Shown in pieces: positions 27,501-36,415 of a stretch of DNA of 57,517 nt. This stretch comes from a virus. Taxonomy: Duplodnaviria > Caudoviricetes. How positions within the stretch are numbered: position 1 is the first letter of the stretch; each line of letters opens with the position of its first letter. The notes beneath the pieces were generated by a model. The model was not told the DNA's origin, did no database searches, and saw only the letters and a program-made list of their open reading frames with translations. A program made the translations under genes and the position numbers. The stretch spans positions 1-57,517 of the IMG/VR virus record IMGVR_UViG_3300034375_010865, one strand, 5' to 3'.

Positions 27501-29724
27501 CAACAACAATATCTCTTCTAGGCTGATAGTAATCAACATCTAATTGAATAGTGTCGGTATTAATAGGCAGTTCATTGACAATTGCCGTACCAGCAGAGTA
27601 TTCTGCGTCATTGTCGCCTTTTCTTGGTCTAAAATCAAGAACATTACGTAGCTCAATGGTTTCGCCCAACTTATTAGTATACTTAGGAATGTCTTCTAAG
27701 TCCAGGTCGCTATAGGAAGCAGCAGCAAAAAATGCACCTGCACCATGAGCAAAATACTTATATCTCACAAAGATGTTATCAGTAGGAGTTCCAACGCCTG
27801 TGTTTAGAATCATTCTACCTTGTTGATAGAAGTTATCTCTTTGTCCATTATCAAGAGTAAACAATCCAGCAACATCTGTACCATCAGAATCCACGGTACT
27901 CACTCTCGATACAGAATAGATATCTGCTTTTGTGAGAGGCACAAACTTGACACCATTGCCGTCTGAGTCAATGGCTGCAGTAACTGTCGTTTCAGTTAAG
28001 GTTTTAGCACGGAAGTTACCAGTATTATTAGATCCACTAGGCGAAGTTTTGTTGACTAAAGCTAAAACTTCAATGTTCTGATTGATATATGCAGAGCCAA
28101 AATCCAGTGTGGCAGAGTTTGTTCCCGAACCAGAGATACCATTGGTTGGAGTGATAATACTACCATCAGAATCAAATGCTGCAATCCACTGACCTGTGCT
28201 AGTAAATGTTTCACCTGGGTTTGCAGATACATCCAGAGTAGCCTGTCCGTTTGTTCCGTCTGTGGTTGCAGTAAACCTTCTCTGTACGGTCAGGGAGATA
28301 TCACTGATTGCTTTAGGCCGGATCTTGGAAAGCGGAAAGAAAAGATTATTCTCGTCGGCTTCTTTAAGAACAGCTACACTATTTTCAAGGATTAAATTAC
28401 CATAGTTGGTAGAATCAACACCGATACTCTGAGTATCAGTGAACTTATTACTTCCGGTCATCGAAATATCAAACAGGTAGTACTTGTAGTCTGCGCCGTT
28501 TTCTTCTACCTGGCGAACTCTGGCTGTACCCAGAACAGATCCTCTGATTGAAGAGTCGCTGTATAAGTTAACCGGCTCTAATACATTAATATTAGGGAAT
28601 GCTTTGGCTGTTGTACCATCAATGTTTACATAATTGCCAAAGAAAGCAGATACGACATCATTCTCTACCGTTTCAAAGTCTCTGGCTTTATTGACTGTGA
28701 TAGGAAGAGTTGTATCTTGATTGAATCTGTATCCTTGAACGTATGCGACACCAGGACCTACTTCCGCAACAATCGTGGTTGTTGATCCTGCCGAGTCTGC
28801 AGTATAATCCAAATCAAGGCTTTCTACGATATAATTACCGGACTCTTCAAACGTACGAAGAGCAGTTTCCTCACCGATGATATTATAAGTGCTTCTATCA
28901 ATCTCTTTCAGAAACTCACCGTTTACCAAGCGATTTAAGTAGACAAAGTTATCATCTGCTTGAAGATCATCAGCAGTTACCAGAGTTAATTGAATTCTGT
29001 ATCTGTCAGCGCCTGGTGCAGTTTCGTTCGGAAGAACGTTTTGGTTATCATATAGTGCACTATTATCAGAGGCTGTAACAATATCTTCAGTGACTTTAAA
29101 ACCCACATCAACCGTAGGAGTGGCTGAGTACTTCGATACGAGGATCGTTTGTTGATTGCATTGTACAAAGTGCCCTAAGGCAAAAAAGCTACCGGTGGAC
29201 ACTGAGAGCGCCGTACCTGCGCCTACGGCAGGGTTCTCAATAGTGTTAGTCTGTTGTACCTGTACCGCATCGTTACTAGCATTTCTGATAGTGGCATTGG
29301 GAGTAAACCTGACAGGAGCAGATGTTGGAACTTGTGTTCCACTATCAATATAGGTTATATAAAATGTTGCAGGCTCAGAAGCACTGACATAAGATTCAAT
29401 TCTAATAATTCTTGCTTTGATGCCAGTAGTATCTTCAGTTAAAATATCTCCTACAGAGAAGTCTCCGACATTTGACGGAGTACCTTTTAACTTTACAAAC
29501 TCAATAGTATCAAGAGATAATCCACCTGGAATTACAAGTGATCCATCCTTAAAGATATGGCTGCCAAATCTCTTAAGTTCTTCTTGAATAATCGTTTGAA
29601 GCTGTGTAAGTTCACGAGCTTGCAGAGCTTTACCACTATTGAATAAGACGCGATGATAATTATCGGAGTCTTTAAAATCATCCTTATAAGTGGTTGCAAA
29701 CGTATTACTAGTAAATTCGGCCAT
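24592..29724 (-). CDS. VrlC/DUF4815-type large baseplate-associated virion protein
   Basis: YKDDF...YHRVLF..GKALQARELTQLQT, APGADRY, LDNGQRDNFY, RFKNGFFADNF, DPLAQSF, GSLFMSQNSRTWT, RDIRAIAL. Confidence 0.85.
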   Translation of the reverse strand: MAEFTSNTFATTYKDDFKDSDNYHRVLFNSGKALQARELTQLQTIIQEELKRFGSHIFKDGSLVIPGGLSLDTIEFVKLKGTPSNVGDFSVGDILTEDTTGIKARIIRIESYVSASEPATFYITYIDSGTQVPTSAPVRFTPNATIRNASNDAVQVQQTNTIENPAVGAGTALSVSTGSFFALGHFVQCNQQTILVSKYSATPTVDVGFKVTEDIVTASDNSALYDNQNVLPNETAPGADRYRIQLTLVTADDLQADDNFVYLNRLVNGEFLKEIDRSTYNIIGEETALRTFEESGNYIVESLDLDYTADSAGSTTTIVAEVGPGVAYVQGYRFNQDTTLPITVNKARDFETVENDVVSAFFGNYVNIDGTTAKAFPNINVLEPVNLYSDSSIRGSVLGTARVRQVEENGADYKYYLFDISMTGSNKFTDTQSIGVDSTNYGNLILENSVAVLKEADENNLFFPLSKIRPKAISDISLTVQRRFTATTDGTNGQATLDVSANPGETFTSTGQWIAAFDSDGSIITPTNGISGSGTNSATLDFGSAYINQNIEVLALVNKTSPSGSNNTGNFRAKTLTETTVTAAIDSDGNGVKFVPLTKADIYSVSRVSTVDSDGTDVAGLFTLDNGQRDNFYQQGRMILNTGVGTPTDNIFVRYKYFAHGAGAFFAAASYSDLDLEDIPKYTNKLGETIELRNVLDFRPRKGDNDAEYSAGTAIVNELPINTDTIQLDVDYYQPRRDIVVVNVDNEIKYIEGTSAFNPVPPTVPNDAMQIYAIDLEPYTDNEDDVTFEPVGNRRYTMADIANLEDRIDRIEETTTLSLLETQTANIEVLDANGNNRFKNGFFADNFKNIDFIDTETGEFFASFDEEQDLIQPLFTTKNVNLFADSAASTNIKVAGELVMLNYQDSAVITQLVASETENVNPYNIITHVGSIELTPSVDFFTEVNEVRAGRIITAQVQQRNVFGAAALRARLTRGRRVTPRLRRRVAAAMRRLVLSNRRNQRRIRPLPNTNLQWNVTTTRRTAQNGTTITTTRERTELSDFIRPRLVFFKARGLRPNSRHFAFFDGTSVTNFVRSETAVRRDSRRLLQGAVNRNSTAHPNSATTLTTDDKGEITGSFFIPANTFRTGDREFKLIDISVDDEDAALSHASSSYSGNGRVVTREISTRFIPRPRPRRRRRRSRRRDPLAQSFQLPMETGGFVSKINVFFRTRPATDIPVRMQIRPMIAGVPSEDFIAETSVNRDDVTIPSNLESLSDIVAAPTSFVFEEPVYLQAETEYAFVLLSSSDDYNAYVAKAGDFEIGTTERRIRRQPVLGSLFMSQNSRTWTPDQERDMMFQLFAASFDTSVTGTAYLRNDDLEDDLLENNPIFVDSGSSTVFFKNPNHGLVKGDVISIGGIDSSDDIGGIAGSSILGDRTVVNVDGYGFTITADSSATASTVAGSNDITVTQNIMFDRVIPNIETFIRPEVSLSMTGNFRNGVSLSTAGDASNVAYSSSATNHPFNGNEPIILTAPGVIAGRKIEIAELGASTRSANITATFTTTNKYLSPVIDMQTAELGLFNNIIDNQVDSAGVDTTLTNVPINYVAETDPVDGTSIAKYVSKNINLEEPAVGLKILIGANRPSNTFIDVYYKLVSAGDDTDINELNYVLIEEESNNPSDDDTAVFREYEYLIGGQSGTLTPFDTFKIKVVFRSGNSSKVPRLRDIRAIALGT

Positions 29725-29733
29725 GTTTATACC

Positions 29734-31080
29734 TTAAAGTTGGAATATTACTTTGACATCTTCAGTTTGAGCAGCGTCTCTAGTTACCGGACTCTTGTTT
29801 TCAATATAGATGATCTCACCGCTAAATGGATTTGCTTCACCATCAGAATCCAATGCATTTAATGTACCAAAGACTCCAGCATTATCAGAGTCGGTTACTA
29901 CCTCGCCGGAAGTAAACGGCTTGAATCCAGTACTAGCATTTTGATGGAAGAAAATAGTATTAGTAGAAGCATCAAACTTGTCAACAAATGCTGCCGCGTT
30001 AGAAATATTACCTCTAATCAAATCATCGGCACCAAACGTTCCTGTTACGCTATTAAGTCCAAACTTTCTAAGTACTAATCCAGTACCAGCAACAAAGTCA
30101 GAGTCGTTGTGTTTCTTAGGATTCTTAAGAATTCCAATCTGCCTAAAGTCTTGGCTGACTAAGAAGTCTCCTCCCTCTTCACCTGCAGGCTGAGAGTTCA
30201 TCATTAAGAATCTGGCGTTAATGTCATCTCTAGGGTCAGCACCGATGCCATTCATGGAGACAACCGGTTCAATCGTAGCAGCGCCGTTATTGGAATCCGT
30301 AATGCTTACAGATGCATAATCATATCCAGCTCCAAGAGCAAGATTACCGTCTGTAGAATCCGCAATAATTGCTTTTACGATACTACCGCCAGATACAGTC
30401 AATGTTACTGCACCGCCAGATCCATTTCCAACTACTGTACCAGTAACACTAGACGGATAATCAGTACCACCACTAACAATTCTGTATCCTACGATAGATC
30501 CTTTTACAGCAGCATTCTGGACGTTAAGTTGTTCTGTTTCAATTAAGTTTCCAGCTGTGGTGATTTTTGTTACAGGAAGAAAATTTGCAGAAAGAAACTT
30601 ATTGGTGTTTATGGCTGTCAGAGTAAACAGATACTTCCAAACATATCCATCAGAAGTTCTGGAAGGAATATTTCCTGTTCCAACAGTATCAGGATTGATA
30701 GTAGAGATTACTGGGTTACCAGAAGTGTCTTTACCTTGTTCCAGACAGATATAAACTCTTTGGGATTCCGTATAGACGTAATATGCTCCGAGAGAAGTCA
30801 AAGTTACAGCATCACTGAAAGCGTTGTAAATCGTACCAGAGGACCAGTTATATCTGGTTGCTACAAAGCTACCATCAGAAATTTTCTTAATTGACTGCAT
30901 ACTCGAGCGGAATTTTCTTTCCTCTTCCAGAGTATTAACAGTTGTAGGTACGGTTTCAGTAGTGTTCCACTGATCAGACTTACCAATCGCTAAGTAGTAA
31001 TTGCCTCCTGAGTCATCTAGATTATCAATAATCCTATCAATGACGGTCTTTTTAAATGAGTTTGTAGCAATGGCTGTCAT
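29734..31080 (-). CDS. gp8: Baseplate wedge subunit
   Basis: RYNWSSGTIY, VYICL, DGYVWKYLFT, DFRQIGILKNP, SGEIIYIEN..P.TR...QTEDVKVI. Confidence 0.88.
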   Translation of the reverse strand: MTAIATNSFKKTVIDRIIDNLDDSGGNYYLAIGKSDQWNTTETVPTTVNTLEEERKFRSSMQSIKKISDGSFVATRYNWSSGTIYNAFSDAVTLTSLGAYYVYTESQRVYICLEQGKDTSGNPVISTINPDTVGTGNIPSRTSDGYVWKYLFTLTAINTNKFLSANFLPVTKITTAGNLIETEQLNVQNAAVKGSIVGYRIVSGGTDYPSSVTGTVVGNGSGGAVTLTVSGGSIVKAIIADSTDGNLALGAGYDYASVSITDSNNGAATIEPVVSMNGIGADPRDDINARFLMMNSQPAGEEGGDFLVSQDFRQIGILKNPKKHNDSDFVAGTGLVLRKFGLNSVTGTFGADDLIRGNISNAAAFVDKFDASTNTIFFHQNASTGFKPFTSGEVVTDSDNAGVFGTLNALDSDGEANPFSGEIIYIENKSPVTRDAAQTEDVKVIFQL

Positions 31081-31092
31081 TTACTTAATCCA

Positions 31093-31533
31093 TTAAGTTA
31101 AAAACGTGATTCTTGAGTCTGAGTCTCTGTCCAGATGCCACTCGGTACCGTCCCATACCAGGTCGAAAGACATCTTGTTATTTATAGTCAATCCAGTAGA
31201 TCCGATAGGAAAAGCTAACCCACCGGTACCTGCTGTAATAGAGAGACTAACATCAGAATCAGACTTATTGATAATTCTTTTGATCTCACCATTGGAAGAT
31301 CCATTGGCAAGAGTAAAGCTACTATTGATAGTAGGAGTACTTGCTAAGTTAAAGATATAAAGAGTACTGGAATCCATGGAGGTAGAACTATCAGTAATAG
31401 ACTGAATACTACCTCCTGGCATGAAGGTATACAGCTCAGTGAAGTTGGCGTTAATCTTTACACCAGCATCTCTTAGGGTATCACCGGTACCGTCGTTAGC
31501 TGTCGTACCTGTAGAAATAATTTGTCGAACCAT
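31093..31533 (-). CDS. gp9/gp10-like N-terminal domain protein
   Basis: RQIISTGTTANDGTGDTLRDAGVKINANFTELY. Confidence 0.75.
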   Translation of the reverse strand: MVRQIISTGTTANDGTGDTLRDAGVKINANFTELYTFMPGGSIQSITDSSTSMDSSTLYIFNLASTPTINSSFTLANGSSNGEIKRIINKSDSDVSLSITAGTGGLAFPIGSTGLTINNKMSFDLVWDGTEWHLDRDSDSRITFLT

Positions 31534-31564
31534 ATTTCCTACTCTATATTGAATTCTTTGATTT

Positions 31565-31571
31565 TATTTAT
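31565..31571 (-). promoter_or_regulatory. Late promoter core ATAAATA
   Basis: tatttat upstream of 31533. Confidence 0.5.
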
Positions 31572-31657
31572 CATACTTATCATGTCGTATTAACTTTAAG
31601 GCGGATTATATTAAACCACAAAGACATCTCTATAACCGTCTTTTGTTAAACAATAAA

Positions 31658-32722
31658 TTAGCTCCGCCGGGCAGCCAATATAGTAATTGCAGCCAGACCG
31701 CCATTCCCAGTGTCCGGGGTAGTTGAGGTACTTGCACCATCACCTCGGCCATCTATATAATTTGGCTGGTCTGTACCACCCGGCTCAGCAAAAGCCGCAG
31801 CGCCATGCGACGCACTGCCTTTACCCCTCTCACCATTTTCTTGAAATGTATCAGTAGCATCGCCATGTGTATATCCTTGGCCACCCAATGAATAGTTATT
31901 GGTTTGTCTTTTTCCGCCGATGTAACCGCCACCGCCACCGCCGGTCATGGTGCTGCCAACTCCCTGGACAATACCTCCCCAACCACCTTGTCCTCGGCCA
32001 GCGCCATTTCCGCCATATAAACTAGCATCATTGTCGCCGCCTCCAGGAGCACGCTTTGTAGTGTGGCCTGAAGAGCTATTATTGTACCAACTGCTACCTC
32101 CAGCGCCTCCAGCGGCAATCAATAATGAAGTTGCTTGAGATTTAGTAAGTGTATCAAATAGACCGGTCATTCCGCCACCGCCCCCAGCCCAGCCGAGAGT
32201 GCTTGCTGCAAAACTAGTATTCTGACCACCATTGCCAAATGCCGTGCCATGTGTACCATTTACATAAGCAGAACCGTTGTACCCGGCAGCACCGCCGCCT
32301 CCTCCATAGCCGCCTCCGCCATAACTGTTCGAATAGTATGACACGGTACCGCCATTACCAAGCATAAGTGTATATTGACCTGGTTGTAATAAAAAAGTTG
32401 CATGTCTATATTCACCAGCGCCGCCGCCTTGGTTTTCACCTGAGTTGAGGGAATTACCGTTGCCGCCAGCGCCGCCCCACAGTTGTACTTTTACTTGAAC
32501 TGGTTTTTCAGTAACAGTTATAATATTATCTGCATTATTATGGCCTTGGCCTAGCACTGGCGAGAGCTGAGAAGTATAAGTTGGATTTGGCGATTCATAA
32601 CCTTCCCGAGTATAAATTTGATTAGTGCTATAAACTACACCATCAATATCAATAGTGCCAAAATTGGCACCACCGCCGATAACAGCTGGCATAGCTAAAG
32701 CAAAAGTACCAGGAAAAGCCAT
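31658..32722 (-). CDS. Glycine-rich adhesin-like protein
   Basis: VKVQLWGGAGG, LLIAAGGAGG, GGGGGGYIGG, GLAAIT. Confidence 0.7.
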   Translation of the reverse strand: MAFPGTFALAMPAVIGGGANFGTIDIDGVVYSTNQIYTREGYESPNPTYTSQLSPVLGQGHNNADNIITVTEKPVQVKVQLWGGAGGNGNSLNSGENQGGGAGEYRHATFLLQPGQYTLMLGNGGTVSYYSNSYGGGGYGGGGGAAGYNGSAYVNGTHGTAFGNGGQNTSFAASTLGWAGGGGGMTGLFDTLTKSQATSLLIAAGGAGGSSWYNNSSSGHTTKRAPGGGDNDASLYGGNGAGRGQGGWGGIVQGVGSTMTGGGGGGYIGGKRQTNNYSLGGQGYTHGDATDTFQENGERGKGSASHGAAAFAEPGGTDQPNYIDGRGDGASTSTTPDTGNGGLAAITILAARRS

Positions 32723-33357
32723 TAGACCGAACCTACCAAACCTGCACTAAGAATAAGGACGTTGGCAGAATCAAATACCATACCAGAAATAACCGTATGC
32801 TTATTTGGTCCGCCCCATGTAATGGTAGCCGAGTCACTATAGTGTACAGTAATACCAGTACCACCAGCAAAAGTGATAGAACGATCTGAGTCGTCATCAC
32901 CATTGAATGCCATGATGGTAAAGCCCATCCCATCAAGAGCCCCGCCGGATGTACCGTCGAGTGTCAATGTATTAGTTGCATCAACAGGAGATGAATCTCG
33001 ATTCCATTTAGCCACATTGCCGGTTGAAAGATCATAGGTTACTGCATTGCTGTTTGCAAGAGAAACCAGGCCGGCTTTAGCAATACCAGAAGCAGTAAAA
33101 TCATTCGAAACAGTCAAATCATTCGAAACAGTCAAATCATTGGCAATCGTAATGTCATTAGCAAGTTTAGCACCAGTTACAGCATCATCCGCGATTTTAT
33201 TCGTCGTAACAGCCAGATTTTGAATAGCTGCGGTATCAACAGCGTTATCTGACAAGATATCAGAATCTACCGAGTTATCAACTAGAGCAGCTGCATCAAC
33301 TGTGCCTGGCTCTAATCTAACTCTTGTTTTAATTAAATTTGTATTAAACCTTGCCAT
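32722..33357 (-). CDS. Short fibre protein
   Basis: AVTTNKIADDAVTGAKLA and NDLTVS repeats; C-terminal adaptor-like domain. Confidence 0.65.
   Translation of the reverse strand: MARFNTNLIKTRVRLEPGTVDAAALVDNSVDSDILSDNAVDTAAIQNLAVTTNKIADDAVTGAKLANDITIANDLTVSNDLTVSNDFTASGIAKAGLVSLANSNAVTYDLSTGNVAKWNRDSSPVDATNTLTLDGTSGGALDGMGFTIMAFNGDDDSDRSITFAGGTGITVHYSDSATITWGGPNKHTVISGMVFDSANVLILSAGLVGSV
33098..33141. repeat. 18-bp tandem repeat (aaatcattcgaaacagtc x2.4) encoding NDLTVS
   Basis: Read directly from sequence. Confidence 0.9.
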
Positions 33358-33387
33358 TTATATTTCCTCTATTGGCGCAATTTTTAA

Positions 33388-33395
33388 TATTTATA
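33388..33395 (-). promoter_or_regulatory. T4-type late promoter TATAAATA
   Basis: tatttata upstream of 33357. Confidence 0.75.
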
Positions 33396-33404
33396 AGCAA
33401 CTTA

Positions 33405-34841
33405 CTATTGTTCGTACCTAATTACTACAGCACCAGGAAATCCATTGCTAGTAGAACCGCTGCCAGTATTGCTACTAGGTCTATAACTAGGAGAGCCAGC
33501 CGGCGCGGTGCTGCTCCCCGCATTTGAAGCTAGCGTAGAAAAACCGTTAACATAATTTAGAGTAGTTTTTCCAAAACTAGATCCGCCACCGCCGCCATAT
33601 CCAAACTCCGTGCCTACAAATTGAACAGCGCCACCGCCGCCGCCATAATAGCCACTTCCGCCACCGCCACCGCCGGCAACGGTTATGCCACTACCTGTCC
33701 CAGCGCCACCTCCGCCTCGACCCCCAGCTCCAGAATTGCCCGTTGAATTAGCGTTACCACCAGTACTGGTTCCCCCGGCGTTTTGAGTTCCACCGGTAGC
33801 ACCTACATTTCCAGTAGACCCGTCTGCTAAAGCTGAACCGCCGGTATTTCCACCACCTACTCCTCCTTCTGGATCAACGTTAGAAGAAAAGTCATGGCCT
33901 CCCCCGCCACCGCCAGCTCCAGCCGCTAAAAGAATGTTACTCTGCGAAAGGCTGGTTTCAAAAAAGAAAGTGCCACCACCTCCTCCGCCGCCAGCAAGCT
34001 GTTGATCAGGTGAAGAAAAATTTCGTCCCGAGCCTCCAGCCGCAAAAGAAGAACCGTTGCCTCCATCAGATCCAGCTCCGCCAGCGCCTCCACCGCCCCA
34101 GCCGCCGTCTCCTGATATGGAATTATCAACATTATTATCAGGCTGATGAGCCTCAACGCCGCCATTGCCTACTCGAAGATAATACGTCTTAGTATCATCT
34201 AAAGTTATATCAGCATGGACCCACCCGGCGCCGCCTCCATGAGCATCGCCACCTCCTCCACCGCCTCCCCACATGTAAACTGAAATAGTAGGATTGCCTT
34301 GGGAAGTAATAGTGAGATTTGTACCAACGTTTCTTTGATTTCGTATAAACGGTTGGCCGTTAGCAATATCGGTATTATTTAAAGTTGACCTATATCCGCC
34401 AGCTCTAAATATAGTACCACTTGACATTGTTACTTCGAAATTATTATAAGTGACTGCACTGGTACCAAAATCTCCAGTGTTACTATATGAAGTTCCATTA
34501 ATAATAATTTTATTTTCATTTACGTCTGAAATTGTTATAGTAATAGTTCTGTCTGCAAATCCATATGTATTGGTAGCTCGTACGTCAACAACATAGGTAT
34601 TATTAGATCCAGTATCAGTTGGATTTTCAAAATCAGGAGCAGTTATAAATTCTAAAACACCATTACTGATTTGAAATTTACTTTGATCATCGCCACCAAC
34701 AATAGAAAATGATGGGTTATTAGTAGCGGATAGCGTAGCTACAGTAGTAGTGTTTTCTTGAATAGTAATTGATTCGTTTGTAGCCCAAACAGGAGTAAAG
34801 TCCTGTGAATTCATTACTACTCCTGGATTAAAAATTGGCAT
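33405..34841 (-). CDS. Cadherin-like domain plus glycine-rich adhesin-like domain
   Basis: ITIQENTTTVATL...GGDDQSKF...APDFENPTD...NTYVVDVRAT; then VYMWGGGGG...GAVVIRY. Confidence 0.72.
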   Translation of the reverse strand: MPIFNPGVVMNSQDFTPVWATNESITIQENTTTVATLSATNNPSFSIVGGDDQSKFQISNGVLEFITAPDFENPTDTGSNNTYVVDVRATNTYGFADRTITITISDVNENKIIINGTSYSNTGDFGTSAVTYNNFEVTMSSGTIFRAGGYRSTLNNTDIANGQPFIRNQRNVGTNLTITSQGNPTISVYMWGGGGGGGDAHGGGAGWVHADITLDDTKTYYLRVGNGGVEAHQPDNNVDNSISGDGGWGGGGAGGAGSDGGNGSSFAAGGSGRNFSSPDQQLAGGGGGGGTFFFETSLSQSNILLAAGAGGGGGGHDFSSNVDPEGGVGGGNTGGSALADGSTGNVGATGGTQNAGGTSTGGNANSTGNSGAGGRGGGGAGTGSGITVAGGGGGGSGYYGGGGGAVQFVGTEFGYGGGGGSSFGKTTLNYVNGFSTLASNAGSSTAPAGSPSYRPSSNTGSGSTSNGFPGAVVIRYEQ

Positions 34842-34855
34842 GATAAACTCCTATC

Positions 34856-36370
34856 TTATGTAAATGCCTGAATGCCACCTACAATAATTTTCGCACTATC
34901 ATTTTCTACAGGGTCAATCACAAATCCATTCCATACGACAAATCTGTTTGCTGTACCTACCGGCTCAACTTCAATACCGCCCGGCCAATAATCCCTTAAC
35001 ACATAATTACCATCACTCGCTAAAGTAACATCTGTTACTACACCATCTTCTCTTAATACAATGGTAAACGGTGTCATATTTCTAACTTTATCAGCCTTAG
35101 CCAAGGTTAATGTAGAACCATCTGCAAGATTCCAAATGTGATTATTAGACTTGGATATATCAAAAGTTGTACCTGTAGTAACATTACCTGCAGCAACACC
35201 ACTGTCCATAGAGATGTTATTATTAAACGTACTAGTACCACTTACTGTTAGATCTGTCCCAACCGATAAAGTTGTTCCTGCACTAACTGATGTTCCTGCT
35301 GTAAGACTAGTATCAGATACAAGTGCATTAGCTTGAATAAGCCCACCGGAAGTGATATCACGAGTTACTCCAATACTATCTAATGACACAGTTGTCATAG
35401 TTGTTGTTAAAGTTACATCTAAAGTGCCACTAATATCTGCATTGGTGCCTACATTTAAATCACCTCCAATATTAAGATTTTCAGCAATTCCTGTTCCGCC
35501 ATCTACTATCAATGCACCAGTTGCAGTATTTGTTGAAGTAGTTGTATCATTAATGTTAACAACTCCAGTAAAATCGCCGTTGCCGCTTACTGAAGAGTTT
35601 CCTGCTATATTTAAATTTCCGCTGCCTGTAATATTTCCACTAAAGTTTCCACCAACAGTAGTAATACCTGTAGACTTGAATGTCGCTGCAGTTACGCCAC
35701 CGGTAGCAATTTTTAATGCGTCATCCGAATCTGTAAATAATCCCGTATTTTCGTCAGTTTCAACTTTTGGATCAGGAGCTGTAGCAGAAGTTCCTTTAAT
35801 CAAAGTTTCTAATTCACTAGCAAATACTTGTGCTTCGGAAATGTTCAAATCGATCGTATTAGAATCTAAAGCATAATACAATAATTGATATGTGTTTATA
35901 TTCTGCGTTGTAACTGGAAAGGTTCCAGCAGAATCTGGGATATAGTAATATCTATTTGGAGACAAGTTATTAAAATTTTGGCCATCAGACTCTAGTTCAA
36001 AAACTCCGGTTTGAGCCAAATCAAATGTAAGCGGTTTAGTAGATACAATAATGTGTGATGCTACATTATCTGAATCTTCGAATGCACCTGTCCAGAGGCC
36101 GAGTGTACTATTATAAAATACAGCTTTACCTACACTTAATGATGCATTTAAAAAAGTGCCGGCTCTTCCTGGAGAGTCTAAAAGCGATTTATCGACCGAA
36201 AATCTAGAAGACTTGTTTGCATTAATATTAACAAGATTTAAATTTGAATCTAAATTTTCAAAATTCGTGTTAATTTTAAGTGCAGCGGCCCTTAGCGTAT
36301 CACCTGTATTATCATTTGGCAAAGTGCCACGATTCAATATATTATCTGAGTCTAAGTAAATTAAAGGCAT
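34856..36370 (-). CDS. Baseplate-anchored fibre with gp9/gp10-like N-terminus
   Basis: PNDNTGDTLRAAALKINTNFENL; TGALIVDGGTGIAENLNIGG fibre repeat. Confidence 0.7.
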   Translation of the reverse strand: MPLIYLDSDNILNRGTLPNDNTGDTLRAAALKINTNFENLDSNLNLVNINANKSSRFSVDKSLLDSPGRAGTFLNASLSVGKAVFYNSTLGLWTGAFEDSDNVASHIIVSTKPLTFDLAQTGVFELESDGQNFNNLSPNRYYYIPDSAGTFPVTTQNINTYQLLYYALDSNTIDLNISEAQVFASELETLIKGTSATAPDPKVETDENTGLFTDSDDALKIATGGVTAATFKSTGITTVGGNFSGNITGSGNLNIAGNSSVSGNGDFTGVVNINDTTTSTNTATGALIVDGGTGIAENLNIGGDLNVGTNADISGTLDVTLTTTMTTVSLDSIGVTRDITSGGLIQANALVSDTSLTAGTSVSAGTTLSVGTDLTVSGTSTFNNNISMDSGVAAGNVTTGTTFDISKSNNHIWNLADGSTLTLAKADKVRNMTPFTIVLREDGVVTDVTLASDGNYVLRDYWPGGIEVEPVGTANRFVVWNGFVIDPVENDSAKIIVGGIQAFT

Positions 36371-36402
36371 GTTCTAGAAACCTTTTGTGAGCAGTTTACA
36401 TT

Positions 36403-36410
36403 TATTTATA
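36403..36410 (-). promoter_or_regulatory. T4-type late promoter TATAAATA
   Basis: tatttata upstream of 36370. Confidence 0.75.
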
Positions 36411-36415
36411 ATGTC

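Noticed and set aside
31534-31657. 124-bp intergenic gap as possible ncRNA or tRNA
   Set aside because: No cloverleaf or convincing stable stem; only a late-promoter core is visible
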